Part shown: in pieces, positions 9,824 through 19,323 of the stretch
Position numbering within the stretch: position 1 is the first letter of the stretch
Layout of the letters: every line of letters starts with the position of its first letter
Source: Patescibacteria group bacterium
GTDB lineage: Bacteria > Patescibacteriota > Saccharimonadia > UBA4664
Reading direction: 5' to 3'
Assembly: GCA_028288925.1 (NCBI GenBank)
Contig: JAQGHG010000026.1
Coordinates: 22,013 to 86,012, forward strand
DNA length: 64,000 nt
Notes under the pieces: model-generated
Told to the model about the DNA's origin: nothing
The model's database searches: none
What the model saw: the letters and a program-made list of their open reading frames with translations, nothing else
Program-made: the position numbers and the translations under genes

Positions 9824-10459
9824 ATGGCAAAAAATATACTTATCATTGTCTCGGGTCTGCCCGCGACCGGCAAAACAACCCTTAGCCAGGGAATGGCAAA
9901 GCATTTGCACCTCCCGCTCGTCAGCAAAGATACCATCAAAGAAATTCTCTTCGATGGCGTAGGCCACGGCGATCGCGAGTGGGGTGAGAAACTAAACATT
10001 CCAACCTATAACCTTTTAAATTACTTTGTCGAACAAGAACTACGGGCTGGGCGCCCACTCATTATTGAAACCCCGTATGATGATGACTTCCCCCGTCGAG
10101 CCTACGAAAAATGGCAATCTGAATACGGTTTTGAGTGTGTTCAAGTTATGTGCTATGCCGAACCCAAAGTACTCATTGAGCGGTTCGTCGCCCGTATCGG
10201 AGCGCCGGAGCGTCACCCAGGCCACAACGATCAGGCCGCCCTGGAGGACTTCAAGAGGAGCATTAAAGACGCGGAGAAAGTGAAGCCGCTATCCTTGCAG
10301 GGTGAAGTCTACGAGCTTAACACCACTGATTTCTCCAAAATCGATACCGAATCTCTGCTCAAAAAGCTAGAAGCGGCCATGGTTGCCCCAATCCGAGACC
10401 AACCCACCCGGCTAAATCTCCGACTTTTGGCTGGGCTATGGTTCCGTCAGAAACAATAA
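9824..10459 (+). CDS. P-loop kinase (AAA_33/gluconokinase-like)
   Basis: N-terminal SGLPATGKTT, SKDTIKE, R..HPGH lid. Confidence 0.8.
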   Translation: MAKNILIIVSGLPATGKTTLSQGMAKHLHLPLVSKDTIKEILFDGVGHGDREWGEKLNIPTYNLLNYFVEQELRAGRPLIIETPYDDDFPRRAYEKWQSEYGFECVQVMCYAEPKVLIERFVARIGAPERHPGHNDQAALEDFKRSIKDAEKVKPLSLQGEVYELNTTDFSKIDTESLLKKLEAAMVAPIRDQPTRLNLRLLAGLWFRQKQ

Positions 10460-11061
10460 TGCTTGCTGAGACGACAGTATTTAGTGAAGTCAGTGCGCTC
10501 TATCTAGCAGATTCAGCCCAAGGTATGGGCAAATGGATGTGGCACAACCATGTCCAGTGGGTCGCCGGCCGGGCGAAGAAGTTGGCCGAAAAGTACGGAG
10601 CCGACGCCGAAAAAGTCTATTGCGCGGCATTGCTACACGATCTGGCAGACTGCGAATACGAGAGGGGCCACCCGGATTTTGATACATGGTCCTGGGAAAA
10701 GGGCAAAGAGATCTTGAAAAAGGCTGGATGTAAGCGAGATGAACGCAAGGAAATCCTGGAAGCCGTCCGCACCCATTCCTGCCATCCGGGCCATCTCCCT
10801 ACGGCGCTCGAAGGAAAAGTGCTCGCCACCGCCGATGCGATGTGGCACCTACAGACCAGCTTTTTCCCGATGATTTGCTATAAGCGGCGGCCAAAAGATA
10901 CTCATACGTACGAAGAGTGGCAGGAATGGTTCAACGAAAAGATCGAGAGGGACTTCGGCCCGAAGATCTTCTTCGAAGACGAAAGGGCTGAGGTGAAGGA
11001 AGATTACGAAGCTCTTTTGCGCGTGTTTCGGAATAAAACATTAAACAGCAAGGAGGGCTAG
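10459..11061 (+). CDS. HD-domain phosphohydrolase
   Basis: H..V..A, ALLHDL, ADA motifs; TAATG overlap. Confidence 0.82.
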   Translation: MLAETTVFSEVSALYLADSAQGMGKWMWHNHVQWVAGRAKKLAEKYGADAEKVYCAALLHDLADCEYERGHPDFDTWSWEKGKEILKKAGCKRDERKEILEAVRTHSCHPGHLPTALEGKVLATADAMWHLQTSFFPMICYKRRPKDTHTYEEWQEWFNEKIERDFGPKIFFEDERAEVKEDYEALLRVFRNKTLNSKEG

Positions 11062-12000
11062 TTGGCCACAAGTAGAGCACTTGATGCAGTCGCCATTGGT
11101 ACGTGCTATGTCGATACAAACGTTGAAAACTTTCCCTTCAGCAGCAGAGGTATAGCCGCTGAGGAGTTGATAGGTAAGCGGTACGAAGTAGTGCCTGGCG
11201 GCTCAGCCGTAAACTTCTGCCGCCTAGGGCATGAACTGGGGTTACGGACTGCCTTTATCGGCATGGCCGGCAATGATGTAAACGGCGATACACTCAAAAA
11301 CCTCCTTGAGCAGCAAGGCGTTCAGTCGGATCTTATACGACAACCGGGCCTTCAGACAAACATTGGTTTTAATATAACCAACCCTCAAGGCGAGCACATC
11401 ATGTTCGTGGCTGGTACTGCGAACGCGGCGCTTGATCCTGCGGTAGTCATCCCCAAACTGAAAGAAGTATTGCCGGAGACGGAAATACTCTATCTGGGCG
11501 GATGCTTTAAGCTGAAAGCCTTCAAGGACGCATTCGGAGAAATCGCTAATTTAGCCGGCCGGTTCTCCGCAAAGGTAGCTATCGATCACGGACGCATACC
11601 CGAAGGGGTTAGTGAAGGGATGCTCGAAGCCGTCAAGGCTCTCGTGCTACGATCCGCCTACTACTTTCCCAGCCGGGAAGAGTTTTGTAGGCTATGGAGC
11701 GTATCGAACATCAGCGAGGGTATGCGCAGGCTCCAGGAGCAAGTCCCGCAGCTAGTTGTAGTGGTTAAAGACGGGGCAAATGGAGCCTATTATTGGACGG
11801 ATAACTCCATACGCCATGTGGAAGTCGAGAAGGTCGACGAAGTGGTCAATGCCACCGGGGCTGGTGACAGCTTTAATGCCGGCGTTATTACGGCATTAAT
11901 GAGAGGCCGCTCTCTAGGCGATGCCATTACTTACGGCTGCGAAGTGGCCGCGGCAAAGATTAAGGCGAAAGAGCTGCCTTTGCTGCCGATCGCGACTTGA
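11062..12000 (+). CDS. PfkB-family carbohydrate/nucleoside kinase
   Basis: PGGSAVN, G.AGND..G, NATGAGDSF. Confidence 0.9.
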   Translation: MATSRALDAVAIGTCYVDTNVENFPFSSRGIAAEELIGKRYEVVPGGSAVNFCRLGHELGLRTAFIGMAGNDVNGDTLKNLLEQQGVQSDLIRQPGLQTNIGFNITNPQGEHIMFVAGTANAALDPAVVIPKLKEVLPETEILYLGGCFKLKAFKDAFGEIANLAGRFSAKVAIDHGRIPEGVSEGMLEAVKALVLRSAYYFPSREEFCRLWSVSNISEGMRRLQEQVPQLVVVVKDGANGAYYWTDNSIRHVEVEKVDEVVNATGAGDSFNAGVITALMRGRSLGDAITYGCEVAAAKIKAKELPLLPIAT

Positions 12001-12080
12001 TCCGGCCCGCTCACCTGTGCTAAAACTTCTCTTGGCTTAGCAAAACGCTAAGCCACTTCGGCCCATCGAAATGGAGAACT

Positions 12081-12863
12081 ATGAGCACGCCGCCAAAACC
12101 GACCGACCGCAGCGGGCTTTGGATCGCGCGCATCACGAGCCCCCTCTTCATGCTCGGCCTCGCCTTCACCATGCTGGTGGAGGGCTTCTACGCCGGGCAC
12201 CTCGTCATCGCGCAAAAGGAAGTCCTGGGCTATGTCGCCACCGGCCTTTGTGTGGCCGGCCTAGGGTACCTCCTAATTGAGACCTGGCTGGGTAACAACA
12301 GCCCCCACCTGTTCGCGTGGATCGCATGGACCCTCGTGGACTTTGTGGCCTGGTACAACTCCATGACTAACGGCGGTGGGGCGGGTGCGTGGTCGTTGCT
12401 AGCCCTCACTATCCTGACGGCGTTGATTACCGCCGCCATCGTTCGCCAATGGCGCAATGGGGTGGCAGACTACGATTTCGGGATGTTCGACCTCGCCTGC
12501 GTTATCGGTGGGGTGGCCAGCTTCGGCCTCATGACAGTGCTTCAACTAGGTCTCTTCCCGGGCCTAGTGGCCACCCTCACGCGAAGCCTGCCACCCGCCG
12601 TAGCGGGATCCCTATCGATCATAGCCGCTACGATCACCGAAGCGTTCGCAACTGGTTACACCATCAAGAACCTGCGGCAAAATCCGTACGCCGAGACCCG
12701 GGTGAACTACTCGTTTAATATCCCACGGCATTTGGTGAGCTTGTTCGCCCTCGGGGCGTATAGCTTCACGACATTGGTGTTCCCTATCTCGCTGTTCTTC
12801 ATGAACAGCCTCACCGTGGCGGCCATATGGTGGTATCGCCGGAGCGGCCCTCCAACCGCCTGA
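12081..12863 (+). CDS. Hypothetical polytopic membrane protein (PQ-loop-like repeats)
   Basis: Hydrophobic helices with PHLFAWIAW and PYAET motifs; GGAG SD. Confidence 0.6.
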   Translation: MSTPPKPTDRSGLWIARITSPLFMLGLAFTMLVEGFYAGHLVIAQKEVLGYVATGLCVAGLGYLLIETWLGNNSPHLFAWIAWTLVDFVAWYNSMTNGGGAGAWSLLALTILTALITAAIVRQWRNGVADYDFGMFDLACVIGGVASFGLMTVLQLGLFPGLVATLTRSLPPAVAGSLSIIAATITEAFATGYTIKNLRQNPYAETRVNYSFNIPRHLVSLFALGAYSFTTLVFPISLFFMNSLTVAAIWWYRRSGPPTA

Positions 12864-12868
12864 CCATC

Positions 12869-12894
12869 GGCCCCTGGGCAAACGCTCAGGGGCC
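12869..12894 (+). terminator. Stem-loop after membrane-protein gene
   Basis: ggcccctgggc-aaac-gctcaggggcc directly after the stop; no clear U-tract. Confidence 0.45.
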
Positions 12895-13043
12895 TAGCGC
12901 GATTATGCTTTACCTTGCCTCACTCAGCATGGCTTTACCCAATGCTCACAAATTTATTGCACCAAGCAGGCGCCCAATCGCATGGAATAGCCAGTGATAT
13001 CGGGGCCATTGACCCATATACTTAGCTCAAGCGGAGGATGTGC

Positions 13044-13622
13044 ATGCCGGTATCTCTTGAAGAAAAATCATCGGAACAACCAAAATTTCAGCCCGCCACT
13101 GTCGTATACAGCTGGAAGGTATTGCCGGGCAAGGAGGCCGCCTTTATGAACTGGTTTCATGGCATTACGAAGGCCGCGACCCGCTGGCCCGGCCACTTGG
13201 GTGTGACTACACTCCGGCCTCCCGAAGGCCAAGGTACCTACCACAGCATATTACGCTTCGACACCGAACAGCATTTAACCGATTGGCTCAACTCCGATGA
13301 GCGCAAGCAATGGCTCAACCAACTGGAGGGAGTCGCCGTCGCCCAAGCCAGCAGTAAAGCCACGGGGCTGGAGAACTGGTTCGACCTCCCTGGCTCCTCC
13401 ATCACGCCGCCTCCCAAGTGGAAAATGGTGGTAGTTACCTTCGTAGCGGTCTACCCGTTGAGCCTCCTTTTGGGGGCCTTTGTGGCACCCCGCCTCATGG
13501 GCGTGAATATTTTCGTTAGATCGCTCCTATTCCCGGTAGTTGTGCCGGTAGTGCTTACATATTTCTTGATGCCATTCCTTACCCAGCGCGTATTTAAGAG
13601 CTGGCTCTACAAAAGGCCCTAA
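13044..13622 (+). CDS. Antibiotic-biosynthesis-monooxygenase domain protein with C-terminal TM helices
   Basis: PGHLG..RFD..W..SDERKQW, GLENWF..PPKWKM..VYPL; GGAGG SD. Confidence 0.8.
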   Translation: MPVSLEEKSSEQPKFQPATVVYSWKVLPGKEAAFMNWFHGITKAATRWPGHLGVTTLRPPEGQGTYHSILRFDTEQHLTDWLNSDERKQWLNQLEGVAVAQASSKATGLENWFDLPGSSITPPPKWKMVVVTFVAVYPLSLLLGAFVAPRLMGVNIFVRSLLFPVVVPVVLTYFLMPFLTQRVFKSWLYKRP

Positions 13623-13893
13623 CTCTACATAAGAGGCCAAGCTCATAGATCCAGCCATGATCGCCAATATCCCCATGGTATTCTTATTGCGCGAGTCACT
13701 GCCGCCCGTCGGCTGGCACGCTGAATGGCTCTATTCATGGACGTTCATCAAAGGGCTCAAGCTGATCAAGGCCGGAGCCGCCGGGTATTGTAGTGCTCCT
13801 GGGCATCGCGAGCATTATTGCCGCCGCTGCGATACCATATCTTTAACACTACAATGCCAAAACCGGAAAACTGGATTAAAACGAAAGTTAATT

Positions 13894-14256
13894 ATGAGCT
13901 TTGAACACACCGAAACCGACCACGTGCTCGAAAATGAGTACCCAAAATTAGTGAGAGACAAAATCCCCCAGCTCGTTAAGGAAGATAAAGGCAAAGAAGC
14001 CGCTATCCGTCCACTCACCGACGACGCAGAATTTCTCCAATATCTGCTCAAAAAAGTCGCCGAAGAGGCCGATGAGCTGGCCCGCGCCATGACCGACTCC
14101 AACATCCAAGAGGAAATCACCGACGTCTACGAGATCATCGAAGCCATCATCAGACTACGCGGCTTCTCCTCCGATGAGATCAAAAGCATCCAGGAAGCCA
14201 AGCGTGCCAAACGCGGCGGCTTCGAGCAAAGACTCTTGATGCTCAGGAAGCCCTAG
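13894..14256 (+). CDS. MazG-like/phosphoribosyl-ATP pyrophosphohydrolase-like NTP pyrophosphatase
   Basis: KLVRDKIP, KKVAEEADE, EEITDVYE, KRAKRGGF; start moved to ATG 13894. Confidence 0.85.
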   Translation: MSFEHTETDHVLENEYPKLVRDKIPQLVKEDKGKEAAIRPLTDDAEFLQYLLKKVAEEADELARAMTDSNIQEEITDVYEIIEAIIRLRGFSSDEIKSIQEAKRAKRGGFEQRLLMLRKP

Positions 14257-14260
14257 CTCC

Positions 14261-15049
14261 ATGTCGGATCCGCGAACCATTGATATCGGTGACGGGGCCC
14301 AGCTAGAGCCGGTAAAGCTCGACTACTTTGGCACTAGCCGGTCGCGCAAGTTGCTGCTCATCGTCGGCGGCAGCGGAGATACCCGGCGCACGCTCGCGCC
14401 TCTCGCCGTTCGCCTCGCCCGCAACGACGCGGGCTACGATGTCGCTACCTTCTCGTTCCGGGGGATGGAGACGGGGCGAAGTTACCCCTTGAGGCAGCAG
14501 GTTACCGATCTGCAAGAGGTGCTGGAATACCTCGCGGCGCATATCAAAAAAGACATCACCATTCTCTGTACCAGTAAGGGCGCCTACAGCACCTGTTTTG
14601 CTCTGGCCAGCGATAAGAATAATGCCCATATCGCCAAAGCCATCTTTCTTGACCCGGCCGACTACGAAATGACCACTGATCGTGAGGCTGGTGGCGCCGA
14701 AACCCTCTCCGGCCCCGATCCGTACATATTCAATTCCAATACCGCCTCTTCATTGCTCGGGCAAATTAACGCGGATGTGATCATTGATGTTATGCGGCTC
14801 ACAATTCGCAACTTTGGCCCGGATGGCTATCCCGATCCGAGCCAGCGCGGCCAAGACAATCCCCAGCTATATCCGAGATTGAACGCTCAAATGGTAGCGA
14901 CATTTTACGAGCGCACCCCAGCGCCAAACCGAGGTCAGTACGTCGAAGTTCCCGGCGTTCCGCACGCCTTCGGAAGAGACGGCGATATCCCAAAAAACAT
15001 CGAGGCGCTAAACGCGGCAATCTTGTCCCTGATCCGCCCGGCGGCTTAA
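14261..15049 (+). CDS. Alpha/beta-hydrolase-fold protein
   Basis: DVATFSFRG, TSKGA nucleophile elbow, LDPA, C-terminal PHAF. Confidence 0.65.
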   Translation: MSDPRTIDIGDGAQLEPVKLDYFGTSRSRKLLLIVGGSGDTRRTLAPLAVRLARNDAGYDVATFSFRGMETGRSYPLRQQVTDLQEVLEYLAAHIKKDITILCTSKGAYSTCFALASDKNNAHIAKAIFLDPADYEMTTDREAGGAETLSGPDPYIFNSNTASSLLGQINADVIIDVMRLTIRNFGPDGYPDPSQRGQDNPQLYPRLNAQMVATFYERTPAPNRGQYVEVPGVPHAFGRDGDIPKNIEALNAAILSLIRPAA

Positions 15050-15903
15050 AACAGCGACGACTGGAGGGGCTTCTCCTGGATGGGCTGGAGCACACGATCG
15101 AGCGTAACGGTATAGCCTGATAGCCCGTTCAGCCAGTATCCGTAGAGGCGGCCTTGATTCTCGAGAACAAGATACCTGCCGACTGCGCCGGTGATAGTTC
15201 CGGAAATCACGCCACCAGCTATAGGAGTAATCTGATCGTGGCGATACGCCCCAAAAAAGAAATGATCCATATTACTCACAATCTTATGGTCTTCGCTGGT
15301 GCCCAGGCCGCGCAGCACTGAATCAAAACTCCGCGATTCCAACGCGATATCAAAAGGTGAGCGCAGCGCGGCTTCCTTTTGCTTCTTGGTGACGCTATTG
15401 CGCATGCCCTTACCAATCAAGGCGGCCTCAAGATCCCGGGCGGCCGTCGCGTTAGCAAAACTACCGAGGATCACATAGAGCAGCGCTCCCTGCTCATAAA
15501 GCCGCTCCAGCCCCCGCGAATCAGACATTATGCCCGCCTTGGCCAGGCCGTTGCCGAAGTAGGCGATATACACGGAGTGCGGTTGTCGGTTATAGGCCGC
15601 CTGGACATCCGATATGGTATCGGTATTATAGAACGCCGGATTGAAGCCCGTCAGTTTGCGGCACTCAAAGCAAGAGTCAAACTTTATATCGACGGTCCGC
15701 TTGCCATCGCAGATGTGGTTTTTATGAGTGGAGATGTCGTACCAGCCCACGCAGCGTTTGCCATCCGCCAGCGCGTAGGAGATCGTGAGGGGTTCGCCTG
15801 GCTCCAGGACCACCCTCTGCAATCTGTCCTCGGCGTCCTGAACCAGGAGAAAGGGCGGAGTATCATCCCTTATCGGCCGGCTCGTGATAGTAACTCCTCG
15901 CAT
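15046..15903 (-). CDS. DUF2797-like Cys-containing protein
   Basis: RCVGWY..C..CFEC, PHSVYIA.FG..KAG..RLYEQGA. Confidence 0.7.
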   Translation of the reverse strand: MRGVTITSRPIRDDTPPFLLVQDAEDRLQRVVLEPGEPLTISYALADGKRCVGWYDISTHKNHICDGKRTVDIKFDSCFECRKLTGFNPAFYNTDTISDVQAAYNRQPHSVYIAYFGNGLAKAGIMSDSRGLERLYEQGALLYVILGSFANATAARDLEAALIGKGMRNSVTKKQKEAALRSPFDIALESRSFDSVLRGLGTSEDHKIVSNMDHFFFGAYRHDQITPIAGGVISGTITGAVGRYLVLENQGRLYGYWLNGLSGYTVTLDRVLQPIQEKPLQSSLF

Positions 15904-15910
15904 GACCGGA

Positions 15911-16528
15911 TTATACAATCCGATGACTGCCGTCGTTAAAGATGACCGCCTGAGAGTCTCTCAACTCGATCAATTCCGTACCTCCCGGGTGCCTACCTCG
16001 GACGGTCGAAACCGCTTCCGCGAACTCCGCGTTATCGGAATGGGGGAGTACGACGTAAGGCACGAGCTTCAGGCCCTCTTCGATCACTTCTTCGGCAAAC
16101 TGCGGAATATCGGCCGATTCTATACCGCCGATGGATAGCCCCATCACCAAGGCCCCGGCGCTATCGCCGCCGTAAACAGCACCCTCTGCCAACAGACCGC
16201 TAATAATATCCTCGAACCCGCTCCTCCTCATTTCGTAGCGCAGGCAGAAGGTATTGCCGCCCATGGCCCACACCAGATCGTGCCCCGCCAGGCGTTCCTT
16301 GAGCGCGGCCGCATCGCTGTACTCGCGCAAATCGACCGCGTCCACTGTGAAGCCAAGCAGCTCAAAGGCAGCAATGCGCTTCGCGACCTTATAATCCCGG
16401 GCACGCTGGCTGTAATAATCTTGAGCGTTTGGAATCAGCGCCACCGTCGCGCCGCCCAAAGGTTTACCGAGCAATCCGGCGAGATCATCGGGCGTAGGAA
16501 TGTCGATGGAAGATAGATAAAGTTTCAT
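15911..16528 (-). CDS. Peptidase E (S51) / class I glutamine amidotransferase-like
   Basis: MKLYLSS, GGNTF, YGGDSAGA, LPH. Confidence 0.85.
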   Translation of the reverse strand: MKLYLSSIDIPTPDDLAGLLGKPLGGATVALIPNAQDYYSQRARDYKVAKRIAAFELLGFTVDAVDLREYSDAAALKERLAGHDLVWAMGGNTFCLRYEMRRSGFEDIISGLLAEGAVYGGDSAGALVMGLSIGGIESADIPQFAEEVIEEGLKLVPYVVLPHSDNAEFAEAVSTVRGRHPGGTELIELRDSQAVIFNDGSHRIV

Positions 16529-16597
16529 GAAAGAATTGTATCAAACGTGGGCGGCCTTCATCCAAAATGATAGTCGGGCGTGTATAATTACGGAATC

Positions 16598-17203
16598 ATG
16601 AAGACTGAAATCGAAGCAAAGTTCCTAAATGTTGACCACGACCAGATTCGCGGCCGGTTGCGGGCCGTGGGCGCGGTATGCGTGACTCCCATGCGGTTAA
16701 TGAAGCGCGCGATCATAGACTTCCCCGACCGGCGGCTCCAAAACGGCCCCTTCAACTCCTATGTGCGGGTGCGCGACGAAGGCGGCAAAATAACGCTTAC
16801 CTATAAGAAGTTTGAATCATTAAGCGTAGACGGCGCCAAGGAGATTGAGACCACAGTTGGGTCTTTCGAGGATACCATCGCCGTCTTTACCGCGATTGGC
16901 CTAGAAGTAGGCTCGCTCCAGGAATCCAAGCGCGAAACCTGGAAGTACCAAGGCTGCGACATCGAGCTCGACGAATGGCCTTGGCTCAAGCCATACCTAG
17001 AAATCGAGGGCTCATCGGAAGAAGAGCTTAAGAACACCGCTCGGGCTCTGGGCCTAGATTGGAGCGACGCGGCCTTTGGAGATGTAATGGTCGCCTATAG
17101 GGCGCAATACCCGCACCTACGTGTCGGCGAAACAGTCGGGAATCTGGCCGAAGTTAAATTTAACACTCCGCTGCCGGAGTTCCTTTTCGTGAGATCATCG
17201 TAA
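16598..17203 (+). CDS. CYTH domain protein (class IV adenylate cyclase-like)
   Basis: EIEAKF (ExExK), VRVRDE..LTYK, EIET, KRETW, YLEIEG. Confidence 0.88.
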   Translation: MKTEIEAKFLNVDHDQIRGRLRAVGAVCVTPMRLMKRAIIDFPDRRLQNGPFNSYVRVRDEGGKITLTYKKFESLSVDGAKEIETTVGSFEDTIAVFTAIGLEVGSLQESKRETWKYQGCDIELDEWPWLKPYLEIEGSSEEELKNTARALGLDWSDAAFGDVMVAYRAQYPHLRVGETVGNLAEVKFNTPLPEFLFVRSS

Positions 17204-17269
17204 CCCCGGTCAACCAGAAAGAGGCCTGCTAAAGCCTCATTCGTTTATCGGTATCGGCGGCGCACGGCG

Positions 17270-17896
17270 CTAAACGCGCTCATCGCGTGCACCGTGCTCC
17301 TTCCGCTGCTCTACGCGCTCGCCAAATGCCGGCCGCGGGCGGGCAGCGGTCCGGCCTGCGGCCGGATGCGCGGCTTCGCCGGCCATGTCTGGAGCTTCGG
17401 CTTCAATCTCGGCCAGCGCGATCTCCTGGGCGCCATACTTTTCCAATATCGCGCGTCCCTCGTCGGTCGCGTCATCCCGGCCCGACACGCCTATGATCAC
17501 GCCGCCTTGATCGACCACTTTGCCGTAGGTCTTCGCCGTCTCTTTCGAGATCCCCATCGCGGTCAGCGCTCCCACTAGACCGCCGGTCGCGGCGCCGGTG
17601 GCGGCCCCCGCCAGACCCAAAGCCGCCACGACCGGGCCGCCAATGATCAATCCCGTCACCGCCGGAAAGGCGACCACGGCCGCCAGCAGACCAGCGAGTC
17701 CACCAACAACAGCTCCAGTACCTACCGCCTTGCCGGTTGATGCACTGCTATCGGCGTGGCCGTCAGAGCTAGCTACCCCCTCAGACGAGATAATCGAAAT
17801 CTCATCGGCCGTGTAGCCTGCGTGTTCTAGCTCGGTTAGCGCTTCATCGGCCTCTTTGGGCTCGGTAAAAGCGCCCATTAATAGTGTTGTCTTCAT
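17270..17896 (-). CDS. General stress protein 17M-like membrane protein (Gly-zipper)
   Basis: A.AL.EL..GY..EISII, Gly-rich GAVVGGLAG, GGLVGAL..MG; AAGGAGGGG SD. Confidence 0.7.
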   Translation of the reverse strand: MKTTLLMGAFTEPKEADEALTELEHAGYTADEISIISSEGVASSDGHADSSASTGKAVGTGAVVGGLAGLLAAVVAFPAVTGLIIGGPVVAALGLAGAATGAATGGLVGALTAMGISKETAKTYGKVVDQGGVIIGVSGRDDATDEGRAILEKYGAQEIALAEIEAEAPDMAGEAAHPAAGRTAARPRPAFGERVEQRKEHGARDERV

Positions 17897-17978
17897 CCAG
17901 TACCCCTCCTTACTCTTCGCATGGTAGTCATGCCGCCGCCGAGAAGCATGGTGCATAATGGCAAATCAGTGGCGGCAA

Positions 17979-17995
17979 TTCAGCCGGTTTTAAGC
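17979..17995 (+). promoter_or_regulatory. Direct-repeat site TTCAGC-N5-TTAAGC
   Basis: Same motif and same 27-nt distance to ATG as the site at 28073-28089. Confidence 0.55.
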
Positions 17996-18016
17996 TAAAA
18001 TTGTCAGTATAGCGAC

Positions 18017-18111
18017 ATGAAGAGATTAATTTTAGCAGCATTCGTAACTCCGGCCCCGTCGTAATGAAGCAAACCAAACTCATCATGGGCATGCCCATCA
18101 CCGTGGTCCTC
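18017..18111 (+). pseudogene. Collapsed remnant of an FMN-bind gene plus apbE N-terminus
   Basis: 18017-18064 encodes MKRLILAAFVTPAPS* (cf. MKKLILAAFV at 28111); TAATG-coupled ORF begins MKQTKLIMGMPITVVL (cf. both ApbE N-termini) then loses similarity. Confidence 0.75.
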
Positions 18112-18186
18112 ACGCCCTTCGGCGCGCACGAATCGCCCGTTCTAGGCCTCCGGCCGTATCAAAACCGATCTCTCCCCCGGCTACGC

Positions 18187-18669
18187 CTAGTTGGTAGGAG
18201 CTTTTTTGTTCAACCGGGCCGTCACTTTGGGTGTCAAGTAGTAGGCAGCCAATCCGCCCATCACCGCGAACACCATGCTGCCCAAGATGTCGATAGGCGA
18301 GTGGACCTGAGCCGCCACCCGCGCCGCGCCTACGGCCAACGCGAGCGCGAACAACACTAAGCCCAGCCGCTTGGAAGCAGAGTAGATCACGACGGCGATA
18401 AGGGCCGCCAACACCGTATGGTCGGAGGGGAACCCGTTGCCTGGGGCATGGGGGATTAGCGGGGTGGTATGGCTCGTCATGAATGGGCGCGGGTCGTAAT
18501 ACAAAGCGCCCCCTATTCGTGTGAGTACAAAAGCCACGACGCCCGCGATCGCCGCGAATATGAGCAATTGGATCTTTTGCGGCTTAGGGACGCGTAGCCA
18601 GTAAATAACAGCTACAAGCCCCGCGATCAAAAACAGATATTTGGCACAAAAGATAATGATTGAATTCAT
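18187..18669 (-). CDS. PAP2 phosphatase (BcrC-like undecaprenyl-diphosphate phosphatase)
   Basis: PRPF, FPSDH, ARV..VHSP.DI. Confidence 0.88.
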   Translation of the reverse strand: MNSIIIFCAKYLFLIAGLVAVIYWLRVPKPQKIQLLIFAAIAGVVAFVLTRIGGALYYDPRPFMTSHTTPLIPHAPGNGFPSDHTVLAALIAVVIYSASKRLGLVLFALALAVGAARVAAQVHSPIDILGSMVFAVMGGLAAYYLTPKVTARLNKKAPTN

Positions 18670-18741
18670 TACCCAATTGTAACACCCGCCCGCCGCCGCC
18701 TGTCCAGCACGGCGGGCACGTTGACCGGCCGAAACCGCGTA

Positions 18742-19167
18742 CTAGGCTTCGGCCTTTTCTTTGTGATAGTTAAACATCCATCTCATGCCAAACTTATCAA
18801 CGACCTCGCCGTAAGTGTCGCCCCAAAATTCTTGTTTCAACTCGCGCGTGGACTTGGCGCCTTCCGAAAGGTTTTTGAAGGCTGAATTAATCTCATCTTC
18901 GCTCTCGCAGTTGAGGCTCAGCGTGATAGTATTGCCCTGCTTGGCTCCTTCCGGTCCTATCATATCGGAGGCAAACAAGAGCACGGCGCCGTCTTTTTCC
19001 AAACTGGCATGCATCACTTTATCTTTCATTCCGGCCGGGGCGGTATCCGATCCTGGCGACTCGCCAACCGTCGTCAGCTCAAGAGTTCCATTCAAAGCCT
19101 CTTTATAAAAATTCATCGCCTCGCTGCAATTGCCGTCAAACGCTAGGTAGGGGTGTAGCTGCGCCAT
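18742..19167 (-). CDS. VOC/PhnB-like glyoxalase family protein
   Basis: PYLAFDGNC.EA..FY, VMHA, FWG..YG.V.DKFG..W; AAGGAG SD. Confidence 0.88.
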   Translation of the reverse strand: MAQLHPYLAFDGNCSEAMNFYKEALNGTLELTTVGESPGSDTAPAGMKDKVMHASLEKDGAVLLFASDMIGPEGAKQGNTITLSLNCESEDEINSAFKNLSEGAKSTRELKQEFWGDTYGEVVDKFGMRWMFNYHKEKAEA

Positions 19168-19323
19168 AATAAGTAAGTCTCCTTTTATAAATAAATCTTA
19201 GGCCTTTGCGAGCAACTCGGCCAGCCGAGTAACTTCTCGATTCCTTTTGGTTATTCGGCGCGGGCGAACCGCGAGCTAGGGCTCGGGTTCTCAAGACCAA
19301 GAGCCTACGACGGCGGCATGAAG

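Noticed and set aside
13657-13893. N-terminal extension of the MazG-like ORF
   Set aside because: Family similarity begins near ATG 13894; the extension looks non-coding or like unidentifiable decayed sequence
18112-18360. Remainder of the 98-aa ORF starting at 18064
   Set aside because: Only the first ~16 residues resemble ApbE; the rest largely runs antisense to the PAP2 gene
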